NCBI GenBank assembly: GCA_951406725.2
Contig: OX597822.1
Span: 72,602,001-72,666,000 of the forward strand
Length of the DNA: 64,000 bases
Source of the DNA: Octopus vulgaris
Lineage: Eukaryota
Reading direction: 5' to 3'
The notes under the pieces are model-generated. The model was given only the letters and a program-made list of their open reading frames with translations. It did no database searches and was not told the origin of the DNA. Below are positions 39,140 through 55,261 of this stretch, in pieces. Position 1 is the first letter of the stretch, and every line of letters starts with the position of its first letter. A program made the position numbers and the translations under genes.

Positions 39140-39421
39140 ATGCCTGGCTCATAAGGGCCGGTTTCCTGGTTTCCTTGGCGTATAGGTTCCCCACCTAGAC
39201 GGGACACAGGACCGTCGCAGGTAAGCTGCAAGATGCAGGAGGAAATAGTGAGAGAAGGTTGTGGCGAAAAAGTCAGCAGAAGTTCGCCATTACGTTTTGC
39301 AGGAGCCGCGTGGAGCTTAGGTGTTTCACTCATAAACACACACATCACCCCGTTTGAAATTCGAACCCGCGATCCCTCGAACGCGAGTCCGCTGCTCAAA
39401 CTACTAGGCAATGTGCCTCCA
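39140..39421 (-). mobile_element. tRNA-derived SINE (family 2 head, different tail)
   Basis: Reverse complement tggaggc..cctagtagt..gggttcgaatttc..gaaacacctaagctcc. Confidence 0.7.
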
Positions 39422-40521
39422 CTATCATAAGTGTACAATCCTCTTTAATTCATTGGATGCATATGCATTTTATTTAAAGTAAGTATTTATGCATCCAGGT
39501 ATTCATATACGTGTCCATACATACGTGTGTATATGTGCGCTGGTGTGTTTTTAAGCGGAAATTTTGTAATGTATTGGGAGGTACATATGGAAAAATTGAA
39601 GCCTGTCGATGTAATAAGCTTTCTGAATCCTGGGTGTTGAGAAAATAGTCATGTAGTAATTATTTATGTTATGAAATATCTTATTGATATGATTAAAAGT
39701 AATTTATAATTGTAAAGGTATGTTAAATAATTAAAGGATACATGGTATATGAGAAATGTTGGTAACAAACTGACATCTCTCACAGTTATAAATCTTTCAT
39801 AGGTTTAACATGAAGCGATATTTTATTTATAGCATGTTATAAATCTAAGTATTAATATTACTTCCATCAAATACTTGTTTTTCTTTTATATAGAAGAAAA
39901 CGGGGGATACAGGAAGAAACATTTAAATGAAAGCTTTTCAAATAGTCATTAGAATGCTCTTCATATTAGAAATGCGGTGATGTATGAGAAGATAAATGAG
40001 GAACTGATTGTAGAAAAATTTCGAATTCTTTAAAATACATTACAAAGTGTATTCATGTATATATAAAGCTTGTACTAATTAACACTGAAATAGCTTTTTT
40101 ATCCCTTGTAGAATAAAATGTGACTATAAATGAAAGTGTAATGATGGGTGCTTTACATGCGTCAGGTTTCGTGCATTTAATATGCCTTATTCAAAAGAAG
40201 AATTCCTCATTTCTTTTTACTTCGGTATTTATTTGCATTATTTATTAATTTTTGGCAGGACGTAATTATTCTGGCCTTGACATGAACTGTAAACTGTTTC
40301 ATTATAATATATAACATTAACAATATAAAGACGTAATCGATAAATTTTACAGGAATTCCTTAAACATTTGTCCATTGTTGTCCACTATAGTTTCTAAAAA
40401 GCTTTTGATGGTTGTAATTGATGTCATTGGACAATTCTCTGACAAGGCGGGAGTTTTAAATGACATTTTACGGTTAGTGATACTCTCTCTCTCACACACA
40501 CATACACATTGGGAGAGATGT

Positions 40522-40574
<53 letters not shown>

Positions 40575-42802
40575 GACAGACAGACAGATAAATAGATAGA
40601 AATAGAGACATATAAATTTTAGATATATTCCTTGTAGTATTACGGCGAAAGCGATGTAAGCATCCCCATTGGTAAAGCCTGCGGTGCCGTCAGTGTGGGA
40701 ATTTAGACTTTCATACAAGATAACAAAAGGCTCTTTCAAGCAACTACTACCTCTCTTCTATTGTATGTCGATTCTGCATGAAACCCTAGTTCAGAATTAG
40801 AGAGAAGGTTTGATGGAGCCTACATTTGTATGTAGAGATAGTCTGTCTAATGAACGATTGTAAGGGAACCTTCGTCCAGTATCAGATATTATCGAAGAGT
40901 CAAATTCGCAGAGCATTGCTGGAGTGCTAAAGACGAAAGTGTCAGTGAAATTCTTTCATGGGGACATATGACTAAAGAGCTAGCAGAAGACGATAAGCAG
41001 ATTTGTGATTATGTAAAATGCAATCAATCTGATATACCGATTATGATGAATAGTAGAACTGGATGGCGACAAAGGGGCAAAGGAATCCGCGCAAGTAGAG
41101 CAACCGGATGGCATGCACACATATGTACATTAATACATAGATGTACATAACATATGCATCTATACATACACATATTTACATATAAATTTCTCGTGTGATT
41201 TCATGATAAGCATTAAGTTTTGCGATCAGCAACATTACCTGTTAATTGGACTTACGTATAAGTGGTTGAGTATCCCACTGAGACATGTACACTTAGCATA
41301 ATTCTCTGGCAGAATCAACTCAATGTATGACAAGCTTGTCCGAACGTTGGATTAAGAGATATAATCCATCCGATGAGCTTCTGTACAGTTTCCATCTATG
41401 GAATTTCACTCCATGCTATGGGTAAAACATGGCTATAGAAAATTTCAGTTGCATAAGATGTCACACGGAATCTAACTCGGAATATCATAGTTGTAAGCAA
41501 AGTCCTTTACAATTCAGGCATTCATAAACAAAAACTCCAAATAAAGTAATGAACTCAAATCAATTTATTAAATTTAAAATGATAACTATTTTCTATAAGC
41601 ATAGTTAATGACAACGAGTGGATTACACATTTTAAAGAATAACGTGTTTTTTTCCCCCCAGATCGCTTCCTAGTATTATTTTGTTTCAGTGATATTGTTG
41701 ATATACGTATATTAAGCCCTATCATATCGATATATCGATGTCTTTCTACGCCTTCTCATAAGAGAAAAGAGGTAAGAGATGAGAAGAACCAACATGAAGT
41801 TGTTGCTTAAATCCAATCTTTCAAAAGTGATTATAGTATTGGGGAAAAAATAGAAACAAAATACATCTCTCTCTGCAACTTTATAATTGAATTGATAGGA
41901 AAACATCTAGTTCTAATGTTTACTCTTTATGCTTGCCACGAAACGATTTGACTTAAATTTAATCTAATTAATCTTATATGCATAATTCTTCCTAGATTCA
42001 TTATAAATAACCACGCCACTTTAACAATAGGAATCGCCATTTTGATATTATTTTTTGAATTTCTTAGAATAGGGGATAATGTTCTTTGAAACAGACCTTC
42101 ATTTGTTGTAATTCTCTAAATATTTGGATTTTATATTTGATTAGTTTTAAATCCCATTTCCAGTTTAAATATTCTGCTTTTGTTCACTGCTGTCAATCTT
42201 TCTATATTTCTAAGCCTGTTCTATGACTAAATCTTCAAGTTTTCTCTCTCATTCTACCCCGTTTCTTTTCAGTCTTTCATTTTAATATTCCATTCATTAA
42301 TTCTTCGCTTGTATATTTTCGTTGCTTGTTTCGTTCTTTACCATTTAATCCTCATCTTTTTGTTCTTTTCTGTCTGCCTTCCTTTCGTTATTTATCTGCT
42401 CCATACTCTCTTTCTGTTTCACTATCTCATATCTTTCAAACTCTAAATGCTTTTCTACTAAATAGAGGATTGCTTAAAATTTTAATTTAACATTTGTTTA
42501 ATCGCCATTATTTCTGAATGTCCGCACAACAAAACCACAAATGTATAGAAAAATACCTCTTTTTCTCTCAGTCATGCAGCCTCATTCCTCCTCTACGTCA
42601 CTTTACATCCTTCTATTCTTAGATAAACTATTACACATTCAAATTTGCGCTCCTGCTTGTAAATTTGTGCTTAAATATCTATAATTCTTGTGCAATTATT
42701 TTCACATATAGTTTCTTATATGTGAGAGGAAACACACATGGATACGTATTTGATTTAAATATTCAACCATATATTTGTGTGTTTGTGTGTATGTACATAC
42801 GC

Positions 42803-42852
<50 letters not shown>

Positions 42853-42873
42853 TTATATATATATACACATGCA

Positions 42874-42907
<34 letters not shown>

Positions 42908-45900
42908 TGTATATATGTATACATACACGCATTTACGTACACATACATACACACACAAACACACAAATATATAAATTGGGAGCGTTAAGCTGTGATGGCG
43001 GTAGATATAAATTTGCAGTTCACAGTTCAAATATTTTCAGGAATGTTTGCAACATTCAGAAGGCTCTTCACTGCAATCTGTAATGGAAATATTCTCACTG
43101 TATACAGGAATATATAAACACACCATTGCGAGTTTGAAGCGCTCTCTTCCGGGTTGATGTATGCATGCATTTCGAAGCAGTTAATGTTTCATCAGCGCCA
43201 GCTCATTACTTAGCGTCTCTGATTAGTATTTTGCTACAGGTGAGAAGACAGAAGGCGCCAGCATTCAAAATATTTTGATTGGTTTCTTATTCACTTCGGA
43301 GTTGTCTTTCTTTTTAGTATTTGAGTCGTCTCAAATTTTTGTATTTGAAACTCAACGTGCTTTCAAAGGAGAAGGAACATCAGGGATGTAGGTGACCTGA
43401 TTCCGTAAATTGCAGGATGCGTGTGTAATACACTCTCGGTGAGATCTTATATAACGTCTAATTTCCTAAGAAGAAAGAGTAAATACTGCAAGAAATACGT
43501 CGCTGTCTCGGGTATTTGTCAAGAAACAAAGGAAAGTCTCGAGATATGGGCTGATTGTAGGAAATCAGAATAAGTCCCGACTAATCTACGAGGATGCTGT
43601 ATAAGCAGAGAATGATATTCACAGTGGGACTACAGCAACGTAGGACGAAAACTCGTAGCGGAGATCTACTTACTCTGCCAATACAACTCATGCCTGCAAT
43701 TATGGATAGTCATCGTCTATTATCGACGGACTGCTGGAAATAATGATAATGATCTGTATATCCCTGTGTATGTTTGTATGCAAGAATAGTGTGCTTGTCT
43801 CTTTGATTGCATGCGTAATTGTGATAAGTACGTGCTGGTGGGCGAGATAGAGGGCGTATTAGTGAGCGAGTGTGCGTTTGTATCCGTGTTTTTGTGTCTG
43901 TATGTGTGTGTGCGCGCGCATGCTTCTGTATGCATCTATAAATATACTAAATTATACATATATTCATGTATGTATACATTCCTATATAATAGACTGTCAA
44001 ATACAAAACAAATTACACACTGGTCTAACGTATTTGTCCGTCTTTGCATAATATAAAACATGGAGATGCAAAGACCAATAGGCCTTGAAGAATAAATCAA
44101 ACCGTTATCTCACAAATCCAGATACCATATATCATATGCCATGTTAAATATGTCAAATTATCATATAACATCATATCACATTTTTCTTACAAGCCAGATT
44201 AGTTGCCAGCAGTTTCGAATATCATGAACACATATATATTAACTGACTCATAGAAAGGACTATTACACACACTCTTAGAATATTATCTGTGACTGATTTG
44301 CATAATTCTAAGAACATGCATTCCACTCTTTGTTATAGATATTGATATAATAAATACTGACTTCAATTTTGCCGCCGAACTAATTCCTTATATTTCAAAA
44401 ATAGCACTAGAGAAGAATGTGTCTTAGTAATTTCATGAAATATAACAGTACAATCGTATTAATTGGAAATTGAAACTTTGTTGCATTGTCTGCTTTGAGG
44501 GAATTGTAGCTCTACATTCTTTTTGTTGTTGTTGTTGTAGTTTTTGTCTGGGGTAACTAAAAGGTAAAAATAGTAGAAGAATATTTGGGAATATCAGAGA
44601 AATATTTCGTTAGTGTGCCAGTCCCATAAATCAGCAGTCTTCAAGTAGGTAATGAATAATAGGCTCAGGGCACGGCGGAAACCAGACATTCAGAAAGGAA
44701 GGAAGATGAGTCACAATTAATAAAATTATATTTCGTATTAACTTCATGCATTGCAATGGAAAATGTTTAAATATATTTAAATATCTACGATCTGTTAGAT
44801 CTCAGATCGAATTGTATTTCTGGATGTCCTCATAGTTTCGAAGTTGATTCAATCTAAATGCACTTAGAATTTGGGACTATCTTCGAAAGGAGGACTGAAA
44901 TATCTAAGACAATTACGGAGGAAACTTACAAAACCTAAGTAGGTACCTATGTAAAAATTGCTGAAAGCAAATCAGTATGCTCAATGCTGACATCAATTCA
45001 ATAAGGCGACATTTAAAAAAAAATAATCGAACCTTTAAATGTAGAAATAAATGTACACATGAGAGTAGTTTAGTGTATCAGAAGTTTATTAACTAATTTT
45101 TTTCAATTTTCTCTGGTCTAGCATCATAGCATATCATACGAGGACTACAAATCTTCTCCCGATTCCCATTGGCTATGTGGTGGAATTATTAGTAAGCCTC
45201 ACCACTATACATTTGTGGTTTTGTTGTGCGGACATTCAGAAATAATATTATACGGTACTCAGTTACACAGTTGCGATACATGGATATCATTATCTGGGTT
45301 GGGGTCTAGGCTGTTCCTCTTTATTCGTAAGGCAAATTTTGTCATCTATATATATATATCTATATATATATATATATATTGGAGAATGTGTGAGATCATT
45401 GGTACACTTGGGCATATTTGGAAAAACAAAACGAATGACTTTACTGGTAGTTCTAATCAGTTAAATTTATTATTTTTTTCATTTCTTAATAATATAAATT
45501 TTAGTTCATAGATGTAGTAAGTTCTTTGTTAACTAGGGTGTGGAGGATTAAAAAAAGAATGTACGTATGTATGTATATATATGTATGTGTGTGTATGTGT
45601 TTGTGTGAAGTTAAATAATTAGTTATTAATTCAAACAATTAATAGTATATAAGAATTAAATGAAGCTGACAATACATCGAGAATTTATAAGTATGCATTT
45701 AAAGTTTATTTCAATCAATATATGTATGTATGTTTGTATGTACGTATGTATGTTTGTATGTACGTATGTATGTTTGTATGTACGTATGTATGTATCTATT
45801 GATCAATAACCTAAATTTGTTTCAGGTTTGATTATCAAAAGTGTATGGTATTGACAGGGAGAGAGAGAAAGAGAGAGAGAGAGAGGGAGGGAGGGGAGAG

Positions 45901-45960
45901 AAAGAATTATTCAAAATTATTTTCCATTTTCGACGTCTTTTAAAGAAAACTTTCTTTCGT

Positions 45961-46006
<46 letters not shown>

Positions 46007-46759
46007 TGCGTCTATCCGTGTGTGTTCGTGCGTGTAAGTGTGTATGTGTCGTTGCGTGTGTTTCCATTGTTCTTCATGTATTCTTCCCATCTACCGTCAC
46101 ATATTCCTCTTACCATTTATTTTCAGCCATGAACAAATGTTAACTTACATGAAAATAGAATTGACTGGACTCACTATGATGACAGTATACAAAGTTAAAG
46201 AAAAAAACATTTCTATAGCAAGCATAGACCGTCTATTGAGATATTAAAAGAATGTATATGTGTCTTTTCGAACATCTATGTATACGAAGATCAGTATTCT
46301 ACATCGTACCTAGAACTGTTTATATAAGTTATTGAATGAAAACATTATATAACTTATCGGTATGACGGTTTTTAGCTCACAGTCATCCATAATTCGGTAG
46401 ACTTATGTTCAAAGACGATACGACTATGATCATGCAGTCCTTAAATGTATATATTGAGTTGTCAAGGAAAGAAAAAGGCCAATAAATACTTGCTATTACA
46501 TTTTTTATTAACCAAATATGAACCATTTTGTTGCACAATGTGTCTCCAGCTTTTCTTTAGCTTGAAAATACCCTCTTCTCAGAATTGAGGTGGTTTCATG
46601 GTAAAGAATTCATCAAGGTATCTTTTTATGTCATCCAAGGAATTGAAATTTTTAACATTAAGACTATTCTACTATGTTGTAGTTCTGAGGAGGTTAAATG
46701 TTATTTCTAACAGTCTACTGAGGCATATACTGGGTCCCTTTTATACACAAGCTCTCTTA

Positions 46760-47150
46760 TTCTTTTATCCTTTTTACTTATTTCAGTCATTTTCGACTGT
46801 TGCCTTGATGGAGCACGGCCCCCAAGAGTTTTAGTCGAACAAATCGCCCCTAGGACTTATTTTTATCGGGTCTCTTTTTGCTAAAGCGCCAGGTTGCGGG
46901 GGACGTAAACACCAACACCGGTTGTCAATCCCTCATTAGGACCACACATATACATACATACACACACACAGATGATATATATATATATGTATGTAAAGTA
47001 TACACGACGGGTTCTTTCAGTTTCGTCTGCCAGATCCACTCACAAGGCTTTGATCAGTACGAGGCTATAGGAGAAGACACCTGCCGAAGCGAAATAACCC
47101 GGATCCATGTGGTTGAGAAGCAAGTTTCTTACCACAGAGTCACGCCTGCA
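46760..47150 (-). mobile_element. Degenerate SINE family 1
   Basis: Colinear similarity. Confidence 0.7.
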
Positions 47151-47589
47151 TTAATACTTGACTTTCTTATGCAAAATGATATATAAGTCAAACCATGATT
47201 GTATTTGACATTCATTACATATAGCACTTAATACTGATGTGACGAAACAGTGAATTTCGTTTGAATTTCAGTTCGATTAAAAAGGGACAGGCTCATTAAG
47301 AGCCGGTATATAATTCTTTATATATTTGTAAATCTGTGTCAATCACACCCACACACACACACACACACACACACATGCACTCACAATATATACACATATA
47401 CACACATGCATTACCGATTCGGTAAGAGGTGCAAAAGTAGTATTAACGAGTTCTTCTAAGTGAATGATTTAATAAAGAAAACGAAAATAGGATATTAAAA
47501 TAATTGAGATATAAAACAACTATAAATACACTTAAATATAATTTTCTTACGCAAGTATTTATGCTCGAGTGACATATATATATATATTT

Positions 47590-47633
<44 letters not shown>

Positions 47634-48577
47634 TTATATATATACATGTACATTGTATATGTCTACATACATATATTATTGTAAATGTATGTATATATAT
47701 GTCTTTATATATATTTATACATGTGCATTATATATGTCTACATACATATATTATTGTAAATGTATAAGTATATATGTCTTTATATATATATATATATATA
47801 TATATACACGCATGTGTATAAATACACACGTGTATGTATGTATATATGCGTTGCTTGCAAAAGAATACATTTTGAAACAAAGTAGAATGCCTCGACCAGT
47901 AACGGCAATACAAGCAATATCTGTGTTTATGTCTTTGTGTATGTATGCATGTGTGTTTGTGGGGGGTGGCTGTCTGTTTAAGTCTATGCGCGTGTGTGTG
48001 TGTATTTATGTATGTATATATAGAACAAGTACAGGAACAAAAGTATATCAAGCAATACAACAGTATGTAATGAACCACGAAAAGAAAAATTGTTTTGTTT
48101 ATTGATCTAGTTCCTTTCTTCTTTTAAAGGTCCTTATTATGGGGGAAGAAACGGCTTTATCCTTACGGTCATCTAATTACAATGTAAGAAGACGAAAAGA
48201 AGTGGAAAGAAAAGAACCAATGAATACAAATGAAGAGAAATATAGAAACAAAAATTTTACACAGTGAAATATTTGTAGTGTAATAAACGAAATGCAAATG
48301 TTCTCCTTGAAGTACACATTCCCGAGTTGATAGTTCGTTTCCTTTTTGTTTTTATTTCAGTTTAGTATATATTTATGTGGCTGAGTGAAAGCGTACCAAT
48401 TCAGAAATATATAAATACCCAATCACATAATCACATAGAAGATTATATACATATATGCGTTGTGAGTGTGTGTGCACACATATACATGAAAATATATACG
48501 TATATATATACGTATACACATATACATGAAAGTGCCAGTAGCTGCATATATGTAAGTACATACATATATATATATAT

Positions 48578-48579
<2 letters not shown>

Positions 48580-48655
<76 letters not shown>

Positions 48656-48673
48656 TAATATATATATATATAT

Positions 48674-48717
<44 letters not shown>

Positions 48718-48793
48718 TAATATATATATATATATATATTATATATAATATATATATATATTACATATATATATATATATATATATATATTAC

Positions 48794-48831
<38 letters not shown>

Positions 48832-49090
48832 CATTATATATATATTATATATATATAACATATATATAACATATATATTATATATATATACATATTAATA
48901 TATATATATTACATATTATATATATGCGTATTATATATTATATATATACATATAATATATGTAATATATATATATTACATATATTATACATATATATGTA
49001 TCACATATATATATATATATTATATATATGTACATATAATATATGTAATATATATACATATGTATGATATATGTTATATATATATTATCC
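48580..49090. repeat. Degenerate (TA)n low-complexity tract
   Basis: Seen directly. Confidence 0.95.
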
Positions 49091-49436
49091 AAATAGTATA
49101 GTATTATACGTTCATAAGGGCTGATCTTGCCAATATATATACATATATATATATATAGGGATGCATGTGTTATATCTAGGTATGTATATTTATGAAAAAT
49201 CTGCGCTAGTAGCTAGTTTCCATTCGATTATATGCACATACCTTTATCGATGTGAATATCCGAGTATACATATTCATATATAATTATATATTGATACATA
49301 CACATAGACACACATATATATTTATACGTATGCATATAAGTTGTTTTCTCGTCTCTCTCATCTCAATGACGATAACCTTGTATTTGTACACAACACTGCT
49401 TAGCGCTGCCACCCTATAATACAGTATAGTGTTGAT

Positions 49437-49835
49437 ATGAGTAGCTGTGTGGTAAGTAGCTTGCTAACCAACCACATGGTTCCGGGTTCAGACCCACTGC
49501 GTGGCACCTTGGGCAACTGTCTTCTACTATAGCCTCGGGCCGACCAAAGCCGTGTGAGTGGACTTGGTAGAGGGAAACTGAAAGAAGCCCGACGTATATA
49601 TGTATATATATATGTATGTGTGTGTTTGTTAGTGTCTGTGTTTGTCCCCCTCAACATCGCTTGACAACCGATGCTGGTGTGTTTACATCCCCGTAGCATG
49701 ACGGTTAGGCAAAAGAGACCGATAGAATAAGTACTAGGCTTCCAAAGAATAAGTCCTGCAGTCGATTTGCTCCAATAAAGGTGGTGCTCCAGCATGGCCA
49801 CAGTCACATGACTGAAACAAGTAAAAAAATGAGTA
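49437..49835 (+). mobile_element. SINE family 1, full length
   Basis: Colinear with 2901-3330. Confidence 0.85.
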
Positions 49836-49914
49836 ATATACATATATGCATGTATACATATATGTGTATGCATACACACACACACACACACACACACACA
49901 TGTGTATACATGTA

Positions 49915-49989
<75 letters not shown>

Positions 49990-50298
49990 AGGTAGACAGA
50001 TAGACAGATAGATAAATATATATGTATATATACATAAATATATATATGTATGTAATTATATACACATATATATGTACATATTTACATATATATGTACATA
50101 TTTACATATATATGTGTGTATGTTGTGTGTTTGACTGTATGTGTGTATATGTGTGTGCGTGTGTGTGTGTGTGTGTTTATGTACGCAATGGTTAATAAAT
50201 TTGTTGTGGAATAATGAGATGAAGAATTAGAACACACTATGGATTTGTGATAAAAACAACATTCACTCTACTCTGAGAGGTAGATAATAGTTTCTTAC

Positions 50299-50442
50299 AA
50301 AAATTTGTTATGTGAAAGCTGCGTGGAAACTCGGCTGGTGCCACGTACTTGTAATACCATGGGCCAGTTTGCCACATACTCTGCGACAGTGAGTCTTTGG
50401 CTCTTACGTTCAATGTATAAGTATTTCGGAAGACGCAACCAG
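50299..50442 (-). CDS. Possible 144-nt internal exon of a host gene (weakly fibronectin-III-like peptide)
   Basis: tttctctccacatAG| acceptor and |GTAAGA donor; length divisible by 3; open frame GCVFRNTYTLNVRAKDSLSQSMWQTGPWYYKYVAPAEFPRSFHITNF. Confidence 0.3.
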
Positions 50443-50597
50443 CTATGTGGAGAGAAATGATCATCGTCAATACTGACAGCAGATCTATTTAGTTTATATC
50501 TGTATATATCCAGACATTCAATTAAACGAACTTGCATAAACGTATGAGATATTCAATCATTCACGTATCTATCAGTATATATATATATATACCTCAG

Positions 50598-50630
<33 letters not shown>

Positions 50631-51884
50631 ACACACACATATATACAGATATATATATATATGCATATATATACATGTATATATATATACATATATATAT
50701 GTATATACATGTATATGTATATATGTATATACATGTATATGTATATATGTATATACATGTATACATACATATATATATATATATGTATATACATGTATAT
50801 ATACATATATATATATGTATATACATGTATATATATACAAATATATATATATATATGTTTGTGAGTGTGTGTGTATGTGTGTGTGTTTGTGTGTGTGTGT
50901 GTGTATGCATACATATGTATGCCTGCATGTACAGATTTGCTTATGGGTGGTAAAGAAAGAAATCATATGTTCCGTCATATTTATTTCTTTTGTTTCAATG
51001 TCTGAACGGTCTGAATACATTGTTTTTGACCGTTCAAGTGTATGTTTCCGAAGCTTGGTATACGTTTCACTTTCGCTATCTGTAGGTTGGACTCAGACAT
51101 CAAAGAGAATACAATACCACAGTTATAATATCGTTTGACTAGGTAAGGCCGATATTGCTACAGAGAATTATATATTTAAGGCCTCTATACATTTTAATTA
51201 TATCTATTGAATTCGCTTGTGTTCTTCTATTGTGTTTCTTAAACTTTTGATATTGCTTTATATTCTTCCTCTACAGTATTCTACAATGGTCTTTATGCAT
51301 AGAAATTGTTCTCCTTGGAAGTGTTTCGCTTTTATTTTATTTCTCCATACGCTCGATGTTGTAGGTTTCCAAGTTTACGACCTGCGCGACATATGGCGGA
51401 TGTTGTAATTCTCATTTTTGTTATAGTGAAAGACAGGGGGGCAAAAGCTGAAATCGATGAGTATTGAGTTCGAATTGAATTTCTCTATATTAACGACGAA
51501 TGAGGAAACGTGAACGCTGTCAGTATGACAGACGGCTATAATAATCAGTCTAGAAAGAGCAGGTCATAGTAATTAGTGTGCGGCTGGAAAGGCGAGGTTG
51601 TGGGTGATGAAAACAGGATTGCTGTGCTGTGTATGCATTTAAACTCACACACACGTACACATGAACAAGTACTCAGATATATCTCCCAGGAACACGGTGT
51701 CTGATTTTTCAAAGATCAATAGGCTTCTTAACTGCAGGGAGATGTCTGATTAAATGGTTTGGTTATGTAATATTTTGTACACTATCGAACAAAAAATAAT
51801 CATTCTATGAACATTGTCTTAAAATGATGTAAATAATATATCTATTCTTACTCTTTTAATATTAATCATATATATATATATCTA

Positions 51885-51928
<44 letters not shown>

Positions 51929-51938
51929 TATATATATC

Positions 51939-52128
51939 CATAAATAATATTTTTATAAACAAACCCAAAAGGCTTTGCGAGTTACGGAGAGAAAGCTACT
52001 ATGGAAGGTTCATAGCATAATAACTGTATAATAAATGTACATAATATTATACTATGAGCCTTCCATAGTAGTTTTCTCCCCGTAACTCACAAAGCATTTC
52101 AGGTATGTTTATAAAGATATTATTTATG
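51939..52128. repeat. Diverged fold-back inverted repeat (~77-bp arms)
   Basis: 51939-52015 vs 52052-52128; adjacent to (TA)n. Confidence 0.8.
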
Positions 52129-52469
52129 TAGTTTTAAGACAGTTTAATTATATATTAACTAAATTTGACTGACATTGAATTGATGGGAGAGCGCTCGGCC
52201 AATCAGATTCGCAAGGAGCGATGAAAGCATCGATTTGTGAGTTCGATTCAGCCGCAGATTAGCTCAGCATTTTTCGGTCATATTAAAAATTGTAGCTTTA
52301 AAATCGGAGAAAAGATATCATTATTGTATATATATACAGACATAAATCTTTAGGTAAATATATTCAATAAGAATATTATATACTGAATTTATATTGAATG
52401 CTCCATTGTATAAAAATATTAATACTATTCTATAAATACTTTAATAGTATTAATATTTTTATATATAAA

Positions 52470-52506
<37 letters not shown>

Positions 52507-52512
52507 CAATAA

Positions 52513-52548
<36 letters not shown>

Positions 52549-52550
52549 AA

Positions 52551-52622
<72 letters not shown>

Positions 52623-53136
52623 TGTTAAGGTAGCTATTCGTAATTTACAACCGAAAGGCATTTGTCGCTACATGGTGTCGGAAGGGGCCATTGCTATAAA
52701 TAAAAGTCAAAGTAAGTGTTAGCCAAGTGAGGACACTTTTCAAACGACTGAAAAGGAGACATGGTACCTGCGGCAAGAGAGATGGAGTCATGTGTATTGT
52801 ATGTACGTATGTACAGACACAAACACACCCCCACACACATATATATATATTAATACTTACATACATACGTATGCATATATTCAATTTCCGCATCTCGATT
52901 TTATTCAGTTCATATCCAAAAAGTTCACATGTATTTGGATGTCAAACTTTTATGACAGCAACATTTGTAATGATGAACACTCATCCATCATCTACATCGA
53001 CATTTTATTAAGAAATACTGGTTTCTTTCCCATTGCCTTAATTTTCATCAATGCATAATTGTACACAGGCATATAAAGTTTTTAAATTTGCAGTCACACA
53101 CGCACAGACGCACACACACACATACACAACCCCCAT

Positions 53137-53180
<44 letters not shown>

Positions 53181-53563
53181 GCAGGCATGGTGGGAGCAAA
53201 TTTTAGTTGTTGTAGTCGTTAGCTGGCACCATTTGGAGTTAAATTTGTTCGAATCCTAGGTTTTCAAAACTAACCAAAATTTTATTGTTCACTGGAATTT
53301 TTTCGTGCCATGCTGTTATTTTGTATCTATTCCATAGCACAGAAGTATTTTTGACTTCTATTTTTAGCAATGTGGGTACTCATTTAGTACCCTTGTATGT
53401 ATATATAATGTGGGTACTCATTTAGTACCTTGTATGTATATATAAGCACACACGCACACACACATATATATGTATATATATGAATATTTTATGAATTTTC
53501 CTGTACGTCTGTTATTCGCTTGCCACTACTGATGGTATTTTGACATTATCATTCTTATATTTA

Positions 53564-53663
<100 letters not shown>

Positions 53664-53694
53664 CATATATATACATATATATATATACATATAC

Positions 53695-53757
<63 letters not shown>

Positions 53758-55036
53758 TACATATAGATAGATACACAAACATACATACACATACACTCAC
53801 ACACACACAAACACACACATATATGTATAAGTCAATGTTATTTATGAAGCAGTTTAGCATACTATACAGTATGGGAATACTGCGTTCCTTTCATAACGGC
53901 ACTGAATCTAAAGATAAACTCGGCTCATTGAAGGAAATTGATTTGCAAATTGTGTGAAATAATAAAACAGAAAAATAACGTAGTTTCATTAACATTTTAA
54001 ATAAGTTTTGTATTTCTTATCATTTAATGTAATATCCACGCACATACAGAAATACGCGTGGGCACAAAACATTATTTAAATTTTTGAATTCAAAAGTCAA
54101 GCAAAAGCAGTTTTTTAAAAGAAAATTACAAATATTAATCTCTTTTGTCTGTTGCAAAATACATTATATAGATGGCAAAATAATAAGAAACTTTCTACAT
54201 GGTAACAATTGAGATAACGGAAGTAGCGTGGCCGCCATTTCTGTAGTAACTGCATTTCATTATATCTTACTACAATCACTATTGATTCTAGACGAACTTT
54301 CGCTAAATTATAATCAACTGATTTTATTTATAATCAACTCAGTTTTGTTGTCTGAAGAAAAAGCTGTATAGCGTCTTATTTCCGTTAAAATAGCCGCTTA
54401 AATCCAATAAAATATCTTTCTCCATAGATTTATCCGATTTTTACATAATGAATGGATTTAATTTAATTATAATTTTTAATATATTAAGTCTTTATTTTAA
54501 TTTTATTTTTATATCTCAAGGGCGAATTTTGTATATGAAGAAAAAATATAAATTTTGCATGTGAAACGAAATGAAAATATTTAGATTTATTCCTTATTCC
54601 AGACAATATTCTTTCAAAAGGTGAACAATAATAAATTTCTATGCTTTAATTATGTAATTTTTCTATGAGACTACGATAATGCACATAATTAAAAATGTGA
54701 GGATTAGCACTTTTGACTCACTGTTGTTAGGTGCGAAGATTTTAAAAGCGTAAGGCGAAATATATCTGTGATGTGATATTATCTGCATATGCGTGAATAT
54801 GTATAGAAAAAAATGTGGCATTGCTACAGGTAAAAAAGAACAGATGTTTGAGGCAGATGATTGGCAAGTTGAACCGGCGGTCATAGAGTGAAGTTTGAAG
54901 TTTTCTTGAACACATGCTTTGAAGAACCATCAGGCAATAATATACAAGGCTATAACACCAATCAACACTGCAACCGGCTCTACTACTACTACTGCAACTA
55001 GTAGTAGTAGTAGCAATAGTAGTATCACTACTACAA

Positions 55037-55260
<224 letters not shown>

Positions 55261-55261
55261 T

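Noticed and set aside
53369-53444. ~38-bp tandem duplication
   Set aside because: Ordinary local slippage next to TA repeats.
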